A stretch of DNA of 64,000 bases from an uncultured Gammaproteobacteria bacterium (GCA_964590105.1 CAZPYM010000001.1:366172-430171), one strand, 5' to 3'. Positions 18,515 through 28,785 are shown, counted from the stretch's first letter. The notes: generated from the sequence alone by a model not told the origin. Numbers and translations are program-made.

Positions 18515-20059
18515 TTATTTTATTAAACTTTTACTAATTATTTTTGGAATTTTTTTATATCCGAAAACATCATAGATCGTCGGCGCAATATTGGCCAAGA
18601 TTCCTTTTTGCAATTTAATACCGCGGAATTCATCTCCAACTAAAATAAACGGGACCGAATTATTTGTGTGAGCAGTCCAAATCTCATTAGTTTCAAGATC
18701 AATCATTTTTTCGGCATTACCATGATCCGCAGTAATGATTATAACACCATTTTTCTTTAACACTAAATTACCGAGCTCTTTCACGCAATTATCAACATGC
18801 TCTATCGCCTCAATTACCGCCTTCAGGTTACCAGTATGCCCCACCATGTCGGGATTGGCAAAATTAATTGCCATAAAATCATATTGATCTTTTTCAAGCG
18901 CTTTTTCCACGTGTCGCGCGATTTTATAAACACTCATTTCCGGAACTGAAGCATAACTCTTTACCCGAGGAGAAGCAACACGAAATCTTTCCTCGCCATT
19001 AACCGGATTCGCTGATCCACCATTTATAAAATATGTAATATGAGCATATTTTTCTGTTTCAGCAATGTAGAGCTGGCGCTTATCCTTTAACATAATCGGC
19101 AAAGTATCTCGAAGATCTGCCGAAGGATAAGCAGTAATGATATGATCCAAGTCAGGCCCAAAATCAGTCAGCGCGCAAAATAAAATATTATTGTAAACCT
19201 TACTCCGGCGAAAAGCGCCAGGGTTCTTTTTATTAAACTCTTTTTGCACAAAACATTTAGCGAGTTGGCGCGCGCGATCAGATCGAGCATTAAAAAAGAT
19301 AATTCCATCTTTTTCGTTAATCCTTGTTTTTGAAGCTTGTTTCTTACTGTTGCTTATTACTGAAGGCTCAATAAATTCATCAGTTACTTTTTGATTGTAA
19401 CTATGCACAATCGCATCGCGATAATCGCGGAACTGCTGACCACGGCCAACTGAAAATAAATCATAAGCCTTCTGCGTCCTTGTCCAGTTTTTTCCCCTAT
19501 CCATGGCAAAAAATCTACCTATCAATGAAACAATAGTCGCTTTGCCATAAACATTTTTCAATACTTCGTCAACAATTTTCAGCGCATGAAATTGCGGCGA
19601 GTCGCGGCCATCAGTAAAGAGATGCAAATATATTTGTCTCAAACCACTGCCATAAGCCAGGTCAACCAAGGCATATAAATGATCAAGCGATGAATGCGGA
19701 CTTTCACCATCAGAAACCAGCCCTATGAGATGCAGGGATGAATGATTTTTTGTAACAAACTCGATTGTTTCATTCAAGGCCAAATTTTTTTTGAATCGTC
19801 CATTGAAAATATCTTCTGAAATAACAACCGCGTCGTCTTTTACAATTCTGCCCGCGCCTATATTGATATGACCGGCTTCTGAATTGCCGACATAATGCGC
19901 CGGCAGGCCAGCAGCTGTGCCCGAAGCCTCCAGTTGAGTATGAGGGTATTTGTCCCATAGTTTATCAAATGCCGGTTTTTTTGCTAATTCAATAGCATTG
20001 CCCCGACTTTTCGGCGCAATTCCCCATCCGTCTAGGATTAATAAAATCACAGGGCCCAT
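18515..20059 (-). CDS. gpmI: 2,3-BPG-independent phosphoglycerate mutase (copy 2)
   Basis: LDGWG, GNSEAGH, ETEKYAH, NPDMVGH, ADHGN motifs. Confidence 0.93.
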   Translation of the reverse strand: MGPVILLILDGWGIAPKSRGNAIELAKKPAFDKLWDKYPHTQLEASGTAAGLPAHYVGNSEAGHINIGAGRIVKDDAVVISEDIFNGRFKKNLALNETIEFVTKNHSSLHLIGLVSDGESPHSSLDHLYALVDLAYGSGLRQIYLHLFTDGRDSPQFHALKIVDEVLKNVYGKATIVSLIGRFFAMDRGKNWTRTQKAYDLFSVGRGQQFRDYRDAIVHSYNQKVTDEFIEPSVISNSKKQASKTRINEKDGIIFFNARSDRARQLAKCFVQKEFNKKNPGAFRRSKVYNNILFCALTDFGPDLDHIITAYPSADLRDTLPIMLKDKRQLYIAETEKYAHITYFINGGSANPVNGEERFRVASPRVKSYASVPEMSVYKIARHVEKALEKDQYDFMAINFANPDMVGHTGNLKAVIEAIEHVDNCVKELGNLVLKKNGVIIITADHGNAEKMIDLETNEIWTAHTNNSVPFILVGDEFRGIKLQKGILANIAPTIYDVFGYKKIPKIISKSLIK

Positions 20060-20068
20060 AGAACAATC

Positions 20069-20314
20069 TTACATTTGTGTATCAAATCCAGCCATGGTAT
20101 TAATAAAAGCTTCTTCAATCTGTTCTGCAGCTTTTGGATTTGTCTTTTTCAATTCATCAATCGCCTTTTGTCTTGCAATTTCTGATGCTTCCAAAGCTTG
20201 TTTCAGTATAGTGATTTTTTCCATCACCACGGTTTTAGCTTTTTCAACTAAAGCTTCTAACGTAATCCCCTCTTTTTTTTCAACTGTTCTTGGTACTTCC
20301 ATCGCTGTATTCAT
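20069..20314 (-). CDS. Hypothetical small helical protein
   Basis: ORF exactly fills the eno-gpmI gap. Confidence 0.6.
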   Translation of the reverse strand: MNTAMEVPRTVEKKEGITLEALVEKAKTVVMEKITILKQALEASEIARQKAIDELKKTNPKAAEQIEEAFINTMAGFDTQM

Positions 20315-20335
20315 ATTTTTATAAAAACTTATTAA

Positions 20336-21595
20336 TTATTTTAAGTCTAACTCAATCGCCATTAAGCGATTATACTTAGCGACTCGCTCTGATCGAGACA
20401 AAGATCCGGTTTTGATAAAATCAGCGTTCACAGCCACAGCCAAGTCAGCAATGAATGTGTCACAGGTTTCACCTGAACGATGTGAAACGCTTACTTTATA
20501 TTTGTTTTTCTTGGCTAGATAAATCGCATTTATTGTTTCAGTCAAACTACCGATCTGATTTAGCTTAATTAAAATTCCATTGGCAACTCCAGTATCAATT
20601 CCCTTTTGCAATCGTTCAACATTTGTAACAAACAGATCATCGCCAATCAAAACTGTTTGTCCACCAAGAAATCCGGTCAGCTTCATCCAGTTGTGCCAAT
20701 CATCTTCATGCAAAGGATCTTCCAGCGAAATAATCGGGTATTTTTTTAACCACTTGTCAAGAGTTTTAATTACCTGATCAGGCGAAATTTTTTTCTTTCC
20801 GCTTTTGTCATTCATTGAATAATCACCGGACTTTTCATCAAAATATTCTGACAAAGCCAAATCCGACGCCAGAAATGCGTCCTTGCCCGGCTTGTAACCC
20901 GCCTTTACAATTGCTTTCATGATAAATTCAAAAGCTTGTTCATTCGATTTTAAGTCCGGAGCAAAGCCGCCTTCGTCGCCGACTAATGTTTGAAACCCAG
21001 CTTCTTTTAATAATTTTTTTAGAGCGTGAAAAACTTCAGCGCCAATCTGAATTCTTTTGGCCATAGTCGGGGCGCTAGGTACGACCATAAACTCCTGCAC
21101 CGTTATAGAATTATCAGCATGCTTGCCGCCATTAATAATATTCATTGTTGGCAAAGGCATTTTCCAACCTTTTTCCGCAAGCTTGTAAGTTTTTCGAATG
21201 TACTTGTATAATGGCAGCTTGCTTGTCAAAGCGCCGGCCCTAGCAGAGGCCAGTGAAACCGCAAGTATCGCATTGGCGCCGAGCTTTGATTTATTCGGCG
21301 TGCCGTCAAGCTTGATCATTAATTCATCCAGTTTTATTTGCTCTGTAACATTCCGGCCTTTTAATAATGTCGCGATTTTCTTATTTACATTATTTACAGC
21401 TTTCAAAACTCCCTTGCCGCCATACCTTTTCTTATCGCCATCTCGAAGCTCCAGAGCTTCATGAATCCCGGTTGAAGCGCCTGACGGAACTGAAGCAGTG
21501 GCTTTAATTCCATTGATTAATTCGACCGTTGCCTGAATCGTTGGATTGCCGCGCGAATCTAATATCTCGCGTGCAGTTATTTTTTTTATTTTCAT
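20336..21595 (-). CDS. eno: Enolase
   Basis: DSRGNPT, PSGASTG, GDEGG and SHRSGET motifs. Confidence 0.98.
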   Translation of the reverse strand: MKIKKITAREILDSRGNPTIQATVELINGIKATASVPSGASTGIHEALELRDGDKKRYGGKGVLKAVNNVNKKIATLLKGRNVTEQIKLDELMIKLDGTPNKSKLGANAILAVSLASARAGALTSKLPLYKYIRKTYKLAEKGWKMPLPTMNIINGGKHADNSITVQEFMVVPSAPTMAKRIQIGAEVFHALKKLLKEAGFQTLVGDEGGFAPDLKSNEQAFEFIMKAIVKAGYKPGKDAFLASDLALSEYFDEKSGDYSMNDKSGKKKISPDQVIKTLDKWLKKYPIISLEDPLHEDDWHNWMKLTGFLGGQTVLIGDDLFVTNVERLQKGIDTGVANGILIKLNQIGSLTETINAIYLAKKNKYKVSVSHRSGETCDTFIADLAVAVNADFIKTGSLSRSERVAKYNRLMAIELDLK

Positions 21596-21675
21596 ATTGT
21601 TACAGATTTCCAGATTTAATTACAGATTATACAGATCTATTAAATCAATATATCAGTAATAATCCGTAATCAGTA

Positions 21676-22473
21676 CTATAAAATTTCGTACACAATAGTT
21701 ACATTTACTTGTATTTCATTTTCACCGGTCTGAATTTCCGGAGCAACGCTCTTTTCTGCCGATCCGCCCATCCCGCTGTCAAGTCCGAAATACAAAGAAC
21801 GTGGAGCCTCCCCGCCTGACTCCGTAAAAGACACTACCTTGCCCAATTTCACGCCCAGCTGATTAGCCAAAGTTTTTGCTTTTTCCTGGGCGCTTTTTAT
21901 AGCTTGCTCACGAGCCTGATCCTTCAAACCATCCTCGTTGTCAACTTTAAAGTTCAATCCGCCCACTTGATTTGCACCTTTTTCGCCGGCAACCGTAACA
22001 ATATCACTCACCTGTTTCGTGTCACGTATTTTTATGTCAAGATTTTGGGAGATTGTATAGCCGATAATATTATTTTTTCCATTTTGCCAATCGTACTTAG
22101 GATAAATATTATAATTGCTTGTTTTAATATCTTTTTCTGCCACGCCTTTTTCTTTTATCGCTTTTGTGACGGCATTCATTTTTTCAGTGTTTTCTTTTTG
22201 CGCTGTCGCTACGGTTTTCGCTTCAGTTGTCAATCCCACTTGAATTTCGGCAATATCCGGCACTGCAAAAACTTTTCCTTCGCCGTCAACAGAAATGAGA
22301 TTTGTCGTTTGCGCTGATTTCCCAATGTAATCATATTCTTTCCACGAATTCCTCGCTTCAAGAATCAAGAACCCTGCCAAACAAATTATCAAAACAATCT
22401 TAAAAACACCAAAAATCAAATGCTTTTTGTGACCGCAAAAGCGACCTGCTTCACTGTTTTGTTCCTGCATCAT
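21676..22473 (-). CDS. SIMPL (DUF541) domain protein
   Basis: N-terminal TM segment, ISVDGEGKV..VPD, AKTLA..LGVKLG. Confidence 0.9.
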   Translation of the reverse strand: MMQEQNSEAGRFCGHKKHLIFGVFKIVLIICLAGFLILEARNSWKEYDYIGKSAQTTNLISVDGEGKVFAVPDIAEIQVGLTTEAKTVATAQKENTEKMNAVTKAIKEKGVAEKDIKTSNYNIYPKYDWQNGKNNIIGYTISQNLDIKIRDTKQVSDIVTVAGEKGANQVGGLNFKVDNEDGLKDQAREQAIKSAQEKAKTLANQLGVKLGKVVSFTESGGEAPRSLYFGLDSGMGGSAEKSVAPEIQTGENEIQVNVTIVYEIL

Positions 22474-22485
22474 AAAATTATTTTA

Positions 22486-23655
22486 TTATTTTAATGCTTT
22501 AATTCCGAGCATTGATCTGCCTTCTAAAAATTCCAGCATAGCGCTGCCGCCGGTGGAAATAAAATCATAATATCTTCCCATTTTTGACATATGAATTGCC
22601 ATTAATGTTTCTCCGCCGCCGGCAATTCCGAGCGCCCGGCCGGAAGCTCGCGCGCCAATCAACTTTGCGAGAGCCAGGGTTCCATGGCTAAATTTTGGAA
22701 TTTCAAACAATCCAAGTGGCCCAGCCCAAACAATTGTTTTAGCTGACCGAATATACAGGGAATAGAGCTTGATTGTTTCCGGGCCGATGTCTAATACCTG
22801 TTCTTCTGCGCCGCAGATTTTCTTTTGCTGGCCAATTTTTTCAACTCTTGCTTTTTGCCTCTTCTTGTCTGCAACAACGACATCAATCGGCAAAATCAAT
22901 TTTTTTGACTGCAAGAGCCGCTTGGCCCTTGCTATTTCGCCCGGCTCAACAAGTGAACCGCCTACATCATATCCTTTTGCCGCGAGAAATGTATTGGCCA
23001 GCCCGCCTCCCAACATTACTTTCTTATAAATCTTTAAAAAATTTTTAATCACCAAAATTTTTGTTTCCACTTTTGCGCCACCGATCAAAGCCACCGCCGG
23101 TTTTTTCGGTTTTAAAGCCTGGCTCAAAAATTTAACTTCATTTTCAAAATTCAACCCTGCATAACTAGGCAGCAATTTTGTTATTCCAACGGTTGAAGCG
23201 TTTTCCCTGTGCGAAGTGGCGAACGCTTCATTAACAAAAACATCGCCCATTTTTGAAAGTATCCTAGCCAGAGCCGGCTTGTTGTCATCTTCGCGCTTGT
23301 CAAAACGGATATTTTCAAGCACAACAACATCAACTTTTGGCAATGTCATTTTACCGATGGTTAAAGGTTTTGTGAAGAATTTAATACTTGCTCCTTTTAA
23401 TTTTTTTCTCAAAACTCGATAAACCGGCTCCAAGCTTAAACTTTTGACGCGCTTTCCCTCCGGCCGGCCAAAATGAGAAAGCAAAACAATTTTACATTTT
23501 TGTTTCAGTAGATATTTGATTGTCGGCAGGGCGCGCTCAATTTTATAATCATCAATCACTTTGCCGTTTTTCACGGGAACATTAAAATCAACCCGCAAAA
23601 CAACGCGTTTGTTTTTCAAATCCGCACTTTTTATTGTCGCGATTTTATTTTTCAT
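22486..23655 (-). CDS. pgk: Phosphoglycerate kinase
   Basis: RVDFNVP, SHFGRP, GGAKV, ISTGG motifs; probable start MKNK at 23655. Confidence 0.96.
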   Translation of the reverse strand: MKNKIATIKSADLKNKRVVLRVDFNVPVKNGKVIDDYKIERALPTIKYLLKQKCKIVLLSHFGRPEGKRVKSLSLEPVYRVLRKKLKGASIKFFTKPLTIGKMTLPKVDVVVLENIRFDKREDDNKPALARILSKMGDVFVNEAFATSHRENASTVGITKLLPSYAGLNFENEVKFLSQALKPKKPAVALIGGAKVETKILVIKNFLKIYKKVMLGGGLANTFLAAKGYDVGGSLVEPGEIARAKRLLQSKKLILPIDVVVADKKRQKARVEKIGQQKKICGAEEQVLDIGPETIKLYSLYIRSAKTIVWAGPLGLFEIPKFSHGTLALAKLIGARASGRALGIAGGGETLMAIHMSKMGRYYDFISTGGSAMLEFLEGRSMLGIKALK

Positions 23656-23905
23656 CGCCGGAAATGGAAACCAACTTCCAATCATAGCCGTCAACGCGAT
23701 TGATAATTATTTCCGCGCCATCAGCCAAGGTGTCCTTATTTAACATTTTTAGATTAAACTCTAAATTTTCCCCTGAAATATCCGCTCCGTGCTCTATCAC
23801 TGAACCCAAATCAATTACAATCTTTTTAACCTGCTTGAGATTGTTTTTGTTTGCTTGTTCAACTACCAGCTTGTGGATTTTATCGGCAACGTGAAGGTCA
23901 TGCAT
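23645..23905 (-). CDS. hypA: Truncated HypA-like nickel chaperone
   Basis: N-terminal MHD; directly follows the hydrogenase large subunit; no CxxC pairs. Confidence 0.7.
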   Translation of the reverse strand: MHDLHVADKIHKLVVEQANKNNLKQVKKIVIDLGSVIEHGADISGENLEFNLKMLNKDTLADGAEIIINRVDGYDWKLVSISGDEK

Positions 23906-23906
23906 A

Positions 23907-25169
23907 CTAGTGGGTCGCGCAACTGATACAAGGATCGTAAGCGCGAATTAGAGTTTTAATTAAATCCTTTTGTTTCTTGTCCGAAAATTTTTTGATTTGC
24001 GGCAATAATTCTTCCAAATCTTTTTCCAGATTAGCCAAAAACATTGCGGTCGGAGTAATTACGTTGCAGTGTAAAATAGTGCCTTGCTTGTCCAATTCAT
24101 ATTCGTGATACAAAAGACCGCGCGGCGCTTCCATCACCGCGTATCCCTTGCCAGGGTTTGGCAGAAACTTGATCAAAAGTTTTTTCCTGGCAACCCTATT
24201 GTAACTCTCAAAATCTTTTTCAATTTGTTCAATGCAATGAATAATCTCCACCACCTGAGCCAGAATATTGTAAAACGAATTATAGCACGGTAATTTAATT
24301 TTTAATTTATTCCAGGCTTTCTTTGCTTCCGGATTCAGCTGAACAAAATTATTATTCACACGCGCCAAAGCGCCAGCCATGAATGCTCGCCCTAAATGCT
24401 GAGTACGCTTAACTTTTTCATAAGGCAAAACAATTTCGCGAACATCGCGCAAGAATGTTTCCGCGCTATCATAACTGTCATTGTCGGAAAAATATATTTT
24501 GCCATCATAAACCGCATATTCTTTATTCGATTTGAGGCTGACATAGTTTGTCGGGCGCTCAAACACCGGTAATTTATGTTTAATAATAAACTCAAAAAGC
24601 CCAATAGTTTTTTTTAACATTTCTGATTTTTGCGCCAATAATTCATTCATCTCACTGGCATCCGGCGCGACATTAAAACCGCCAATAACGCTATTAATCG
24701 GATGCACTGTGCGCCCGCCCAAGACGCGGGCCAATTGCACCCCCCACCCGCGGACTTCCAGCGCAATTTTTGATTCTTTTGGAAATTTATTTATCAAATT
24801 GAAATTATTGGAAACGCCTACAATGTCCGGAAAGGAGAAAAAATAAGCATGCACTGCATGGCTGTGAATTATTTGTGCGCATTCCATCATTTTCCGAAGT
24901 AAAATAATTTCCGGCGTAACCCGAATATTCAGTGCCTGCTCCATTGCTTTGATGGAAGTTAAATTGTGAACAATCGGACACACTCCGCAGATTCTGGAAG
25001 TGATTACCGGCGCTTCATAATATTTTCGGCCAAGCAAAATCCCCTCAATCAAGCGCGCGCCCTCCACTGTTTCTATCCGCGCCTGCGCAAAATCATTGTT
25101 CAGCATGGCACCGATAAAGCTTAAGTGGCCTTCGGTTTTTGCAATGTGGCCAATTTGAATAGTTTTCAT
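23907..25169 (-). CDS. NiFe hydrogenase large (alpha) subunit, group 3b-like
   Basis: EGH, L1 motif RICGVC, EAPRG, L2 motif DPCISCATH. Confidence 0.93.
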   Translation of the reverse strand: MKTIQIGHIAKTEGHLSFIGAMLNNDFAQARIETVEGARLIEGILLGRKYYEAPVITSRICGVCPIVHNLTSIKAMEQALNIRVTPEIILLRKMMECAQIIHSHAVHAYFFSFPDIVGVSNNFNLINKFPKESKIALEVRGWGVQLARVLGGRTVHPINSVIGGFNVAPDASEMNELLAQKSEMLKKTIGLFEFIIKHKLPVFERPTNYVSLKSNKEYAVYDGKIYFSDNDSYDSAETFLRDVREIVLPYEKVKRTQHLGRAFMAGALARVNNNFVQLNPEAKKAWNKLKIKLPCYNSFYNILAQVVEIIHCIEQIEKDFESYNRVARKKLLIKFLPNPGKGYAVMEAPRGLLYHEYELDKQGTILHCNVITPTAMFLANLEKDLEELLPQIKKFSDKKQKDLIKTLIRAYDPCISCATH

Positions 25170-25173
25170 AAAT

Positions 25174-25611
25174 TTAAATCCTATAAATCACATTATCATT
25201 ATAATTATCAATCATTTTTTTTGATGCCGGATAAATATTCAATGGCAGTTCGCTTAAATCAAACCATTTCCATTGTGTAATTTCATCCGGCTCTAAAACT
25301 CTTGCTTCTCCCTCAAAATCTGTACACAAAAAACCAATTGTTGTAAAATGCGCATCCGGAACTATCTCATCTGTTATACTGAGTAATTTTAATGAATTAA
25401 CCTTAATACCGGTTTCTTCCATAAGCTCTTTATTTACATTTTCAACTAAAGTTAAGCCAAAATCTGCTTTGCCCCCGGGAAAAGTCCAAGTTCCCTCTCC
25501 ATGCAATTCTGAAGAAGCTTTTTCAGGATCATCATGTCTTTTGCCCAACAAAACCTTATTTTCTATAAGCAACATAATCCCTACGCCGGCTCTTACATAT
25601 TTTTTTTGCAT
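25174..25611 (-). CDS. NUDIX hydrolase
   Basis: PGG...KELMEETG nudix box. Confidence 0.9.
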   Translation of the reverse strand: MQKKYVRAGVGIMLLIENKVLLGKRHDDPEKASSELHGEGTWTFPGGKADFGLTLVENVNKELMEETGIKVNSLKLLSITDEIVPDAHFTTIGFLCTDFEGEARVLEPDEITQWKWFDLSELPLNIYPASKKMIDNYNDNVIYRI

Positions 25612-25616
25612 ATTTT

Positions 25617-26363
25617 TTACTTATTGATCAATTCTTTCACCCCAAAAACCTCAAAATACTTAGTAATTTCCTTGTCTGAATATTTTTCTCTTAATTTTTT
25701 TATTAAATTGCTGACTTCCGCGTCTTCAACCAAGCCGCGGCATCCCCAGCAGCCTTGTTTTGACTTCAAACAAATAGCGCCGCAACCACCCTGGGTAATT
25801 GGCCCCAAGCAAACTTGGCCTTTTTGCAAAACACACTCCCTTCCCTGAATTTGACATTCATAACAAACAGGATTTTGCGTTATGGCCGGAGCTTTGCCAA
25901 TTAACAGCTGATAAACAAAATCATAAAATTCTTGGCCGGTAATTGGGCAGCCTGGCACAGAAAAATCAACTTTTACATAGGCGCTAAGCGGCTTGACATC
26001 AATATTTTCGATTCCCTCTTTTCCCTGATAAACATAATTATGAATCTTTTTCGTGTCATGATATTGCTTCATGTGGTAAATCCCGCCCATATGCGCGCAA
26101 GATCCGATTGAAATCAAGTACTGAGAGTTTTTTCGCGCTCGTTGCAAAACACTGATATCTTCACTGGTCAGAGGACTACCTTCAACAAAAGCAATGGCGT
26201 ATCTTTCGTCATCTGAATGAGCGGCTTCTTCAAACAAACGGAAATTAACCACTTCAATTTTTTTCGTCAGTTGTAGCAATTTCCCGGGCAAATCCAAAAT
26301 CGCCATACAGCATCCTTCGCAGGCGGTCAGGGGAATAATCGCGATTTTGATTTTATCAGCCAT
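25617..26363 (-). CDS. NiFe hydrogenase small (delta) subunit
   Basis: CEGC, GSCA, PGCP and C-terminal Cys clusters. Confidence 0.92.
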   Translation of the reverse strand: MADKIKIAIIPLTACEGCCMAILDLPGKLLQLTKKIEVVNFRLFEEAAHSDDERYAIAFVEGSPLTSEDISVLQRARKNSQYLISIGSCAHMGGIYHMKQYHDTKKIHNYVYQGKEGIENIDVKPLSAYVKVDFSVPGCPITGQEFYDFVYQLLIGKAPAITQNPVCYECQIQGRECVLQKGQVCLGPITQGGCGAICLKSKQGCWGCRGLVEDAEVSNLIKKLREKYSDKEITKYFEVFGVKELINK

Positions 26364-26365
26364 AG

Positions 26366-26836
26366 TTATTTTAATTTTTCTAAAAGCATTTTCAATTCTT
26401 CCGGCCTTTCTGAAATAAAAAAATATGCGCGTTTTTCCTTTTTAAATTTAATTTTTAGCCCCTTACCGCCTCTCGGCGTGTAGCCGATAGTTTTGTCCCG
26501 GCCATAACGAATACCATAGCCAAGATAATTTGAAAATTTATATTCGCTAATTTCAATCTTTTCTATATTGCCCAGATAAAACTTTTTTTTAAAATAACCA
26601 AAACCCAAAATTATTTGATTTTCAGTGACAGTAATTACCAGTTCTCTAAAAGAAATCAGAACAACTACGCTAAGTAACAGAACAATCCCAAGAATGATTT
26701 TTGCCGGCATGGTCAAAGGAACCGCCTTTGAAGTAAATTGAGAAACTAAGGCCGTCAGAAAAATCAAGCAGGAAACCAAAAGCATAACAAAAACAAACAC
26801 ATACGCGGGGACTTTCTCCTGATATTGAATATTCAT
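26366..26836 (-). CDS. Hypothetical two-TM protein
   Basis: Two TM segments, then a GYGIR-containing soluble domain. Confidence 0.7.
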   Translation of the reverse strand: MNIQYQEKVPAYVFVFVMLLVSCLIFLTALVSQFTSKAVPLTMPAKIILGIVLLLSVVVLISFRELVITVTENQIILGFGYFKKKFYLGNIEKIEISEYKFSNYLGYGIRYGRDKTIGYTPRGGKGLKIKFKKEKRAYFFISERPEELKMLLEKLK

Positions 26837-27630
26837 AAGTACTTATTTTTACTTAAAAACTCATAATTAAACACCGGACCATCCTTACAAACGTACTTTG
26901 TGCCAATGGCGCAGTGCTGACAAACACCGAGCCCGCAATGCATTCTTTTTTCCAAAGAAAAATAAATATTTTCCGGCTTAACTTTTTTTACCAGTAATTC
27001 TTTGACCACGTATTTATACATCACTTCCGGCCCGCAAATAAAAACCAACGCGTCATTCAATAACTTTTTCTTTTTAATTAAATCCGTGACAAATCCTTTT
27101 TGCGAAGAAAAGCCGGGCATTGTTTCTTTTTCCAATATTAAATTAAAATCATGCTTATTTTTTATCTTTGAATATTCTTTTTTAAAAACCAGGGAATCTT
27201 GAGTAGCGCAGCCAAATAATATCTGGAGCTTAATGTCTTTTCTGCTTTTATTTTCTTCATAAACGCTTCGGAGAGGAATAAAACCGCAGCCGCCGCCAAT
27301 TAAAATTAAACTTTTATTGACCAACGGAAACCCATTGCCAAACGGTCCGCGCACATAGACTGTTTCACCTTGTTTTAATCTGTTAAGTTTAACAGTCAAT
27401 TCACCCACTTCGCGGATAGTCAAGCTAAAAGACTTGGCCGCTTCTTTGGGGTTTGAAGAAATTGAAATCGGGCATTCGCCAAATCCTGGCAAGCCGATCA
27501 TCATGAATTGGCCAGCCAGAAATTGAAATTTTTCCTGGTTTTTTATTTGCAAACGCAAAGTCCGGGTAATCGGATTTTCATTGATTACCTTGATGACTCG
27601 CGCGGGTTTTAATTCAAAAAAATTCTTCAT
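26833..27630 (-). CDS. Hydrogenase gamma subunit (FAD/NAD(P)-binding, 2Fe-2S)
   Basis: RGPFGNGF, GGGCG, CGP, MHCGLGVCQHC...CKDGPVF motifs. Confidence 0.92.
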   Translation of the reverse strand: MKNFFELKPARVIKVINENPITRTLRLQIKNQEKFQFLAGQFMMIGLPGFGECPISISSNPKEAAKSFSLTIREVGELTVKLNRLKQGETVYVRGPFGNGFPLVNKSLILIGGGCGFIPLRSVYEENKSRKDIKLQILFGCATQDSLVFKKEYSKIKNKHDFNLILEKETMPGFSSQKGFVTDLIKKKKLLNDALVFICGPEVMYKYVVKELLVKKVKPENIYFSLEKRMHCGLGVCQHCAIGTKYVCKDGPVFNYEFLSKNKYL

Positions 27631-28595
27631 GATTTTTCCTTTTTCAAACGCTGAATATTTTTTGCAATATCAATTCCCACCGGACAAACGCGGACACAGC
27701 GTCCGCAACCAACACAACCGTAATAATTATATTCGTCAGGAATACGGACAAACTTGTGAGTATACCAAAAATATAATTTCTTTTTGACTGAATCCAAATC
27801 TTTGTGGCCGCCGGCGACTTTGGAAAACTCCGGATAAAAACAGTTGCCCCACTGCCGGACTTTTTTTACATTTGCAAATTCAGCTTTATCTTTTTCATCA
27901 AAACAAAAACAAGTCGGGCAAACAATCGAACATTTGCCGCAGGCCAGGCATGTCTGTGCCAATTCATCCCAAATCGGGTCTTCTGCGCTTTGTTCAATGG
28001 CCAGCCTTTTGGCCGCAATCACCGGATTGACTCCTTTTTGCGGAATAATTCCGGCAAATTCAATATTTTCATAATCAGTAATTCCATTTTCTTCCAGAAG
28101 TTGCTGGCCTTTTTCTGAACCGGAAAATGCCAGAAAATTACCGTCTTTTTGCTTCTCTATAAAAACATCAAAAATTAAATGTTCCAAAATATTTTCTTCA
28201 TAGCTCAAGTGCTGTGCCTTATATCTGCGATAATCCGCTTCCAGCCCACCGGTGTAGCCGCAAACAAAAATATTCTGCCGGCGCCGCTGAAAATAAATAT
28301 CTTTTTCAAAAACCTGTTCAAACAAAGTCAAAGCCTGCAAATCCAGAACATTCATACCCCAGACAAACGTTTTATTTTCATTTTCAAAAATCGCCTTATT
28401 GTTTTCAAACAATGTTTCACTGGCCGGCAGAAAAATATTTTTGAATGAGTTAACAGGCATGTCGCCCGACCAGTCAATCTGTCGCTGATCCTCGATTGGC
28501 AAAACCTTAACTTGACCATCCTGCCGCGATGGAGCATAAAACAAACCCGTGCCAATTAATTTGGCTAAAAACTTGTCCACTGTCGCCTGATTCAT
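27627..28595 (-). CDS. Hydrogenase beta subunit (4Fe-4S dicluster)
   Basis: CLACGKCSIVCPTCFC and CVGCGRCVRVCP motifs. Confidence 0.92.
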   Translation of the reverse strand: MNQATVDKFLAKLIGTGLFYAPSRQDGQVKVLPIEDQRQIDWSGDMPVNSFKNIFLPASETLFENNKAIFENENKTFVWGMNVLDLQALTLFEQVFEKDIYFQRRRQNIFVCGYTGGLEADYRRYKAQHLSYEENILEHLIFDVFIEKQKDGNFLAFSGSEKGQQLLEENGITDYENIEFAGIIPQKGVNPVIAAKRLAIEQSAEDPIWDELAQTCLACGKCSIVCPTCFCFDEKDKAEFANVKKVRQWGNCFYPEFSKVAGGHKDLDSVKKKLYFWYTHKFVRIPDEYNYYGCVGCGRCVRVCPVGIDIAKNIQRLKKEKS

Positions 28596-28672
28596 ATAAT
28601 GGAATTATAGCAAATTATGCTTATAAACAAAAGAGACCAACTGTGAATTAGTTGATCCCCTCCTGGGCCAAG

Positions 28673-28738
28673 CTATTTTTGGGCTTTTTTCGCCTTTTTC
28701 TTTGGCTTGGCTTTTGCTTTACAACAGCAACCGCACAT
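28673..28738 (-). CDS. Cys/Lys-rich 21-aa micropeptide MCGCCCKAKAKPKKKAKKAQK
   Basis: Manual translation; TATAAT upstream and a terminator-like hairpin plus T-run downstream. Confidence 0.5.
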   Translation of the reverse strand: MCGCCCKAKAKPKKKAKKAQK

Positions 28739-28785
28739 AAAATTATTCTTATTTATCTTTTGCAATAAAATTATAACATAACCAA

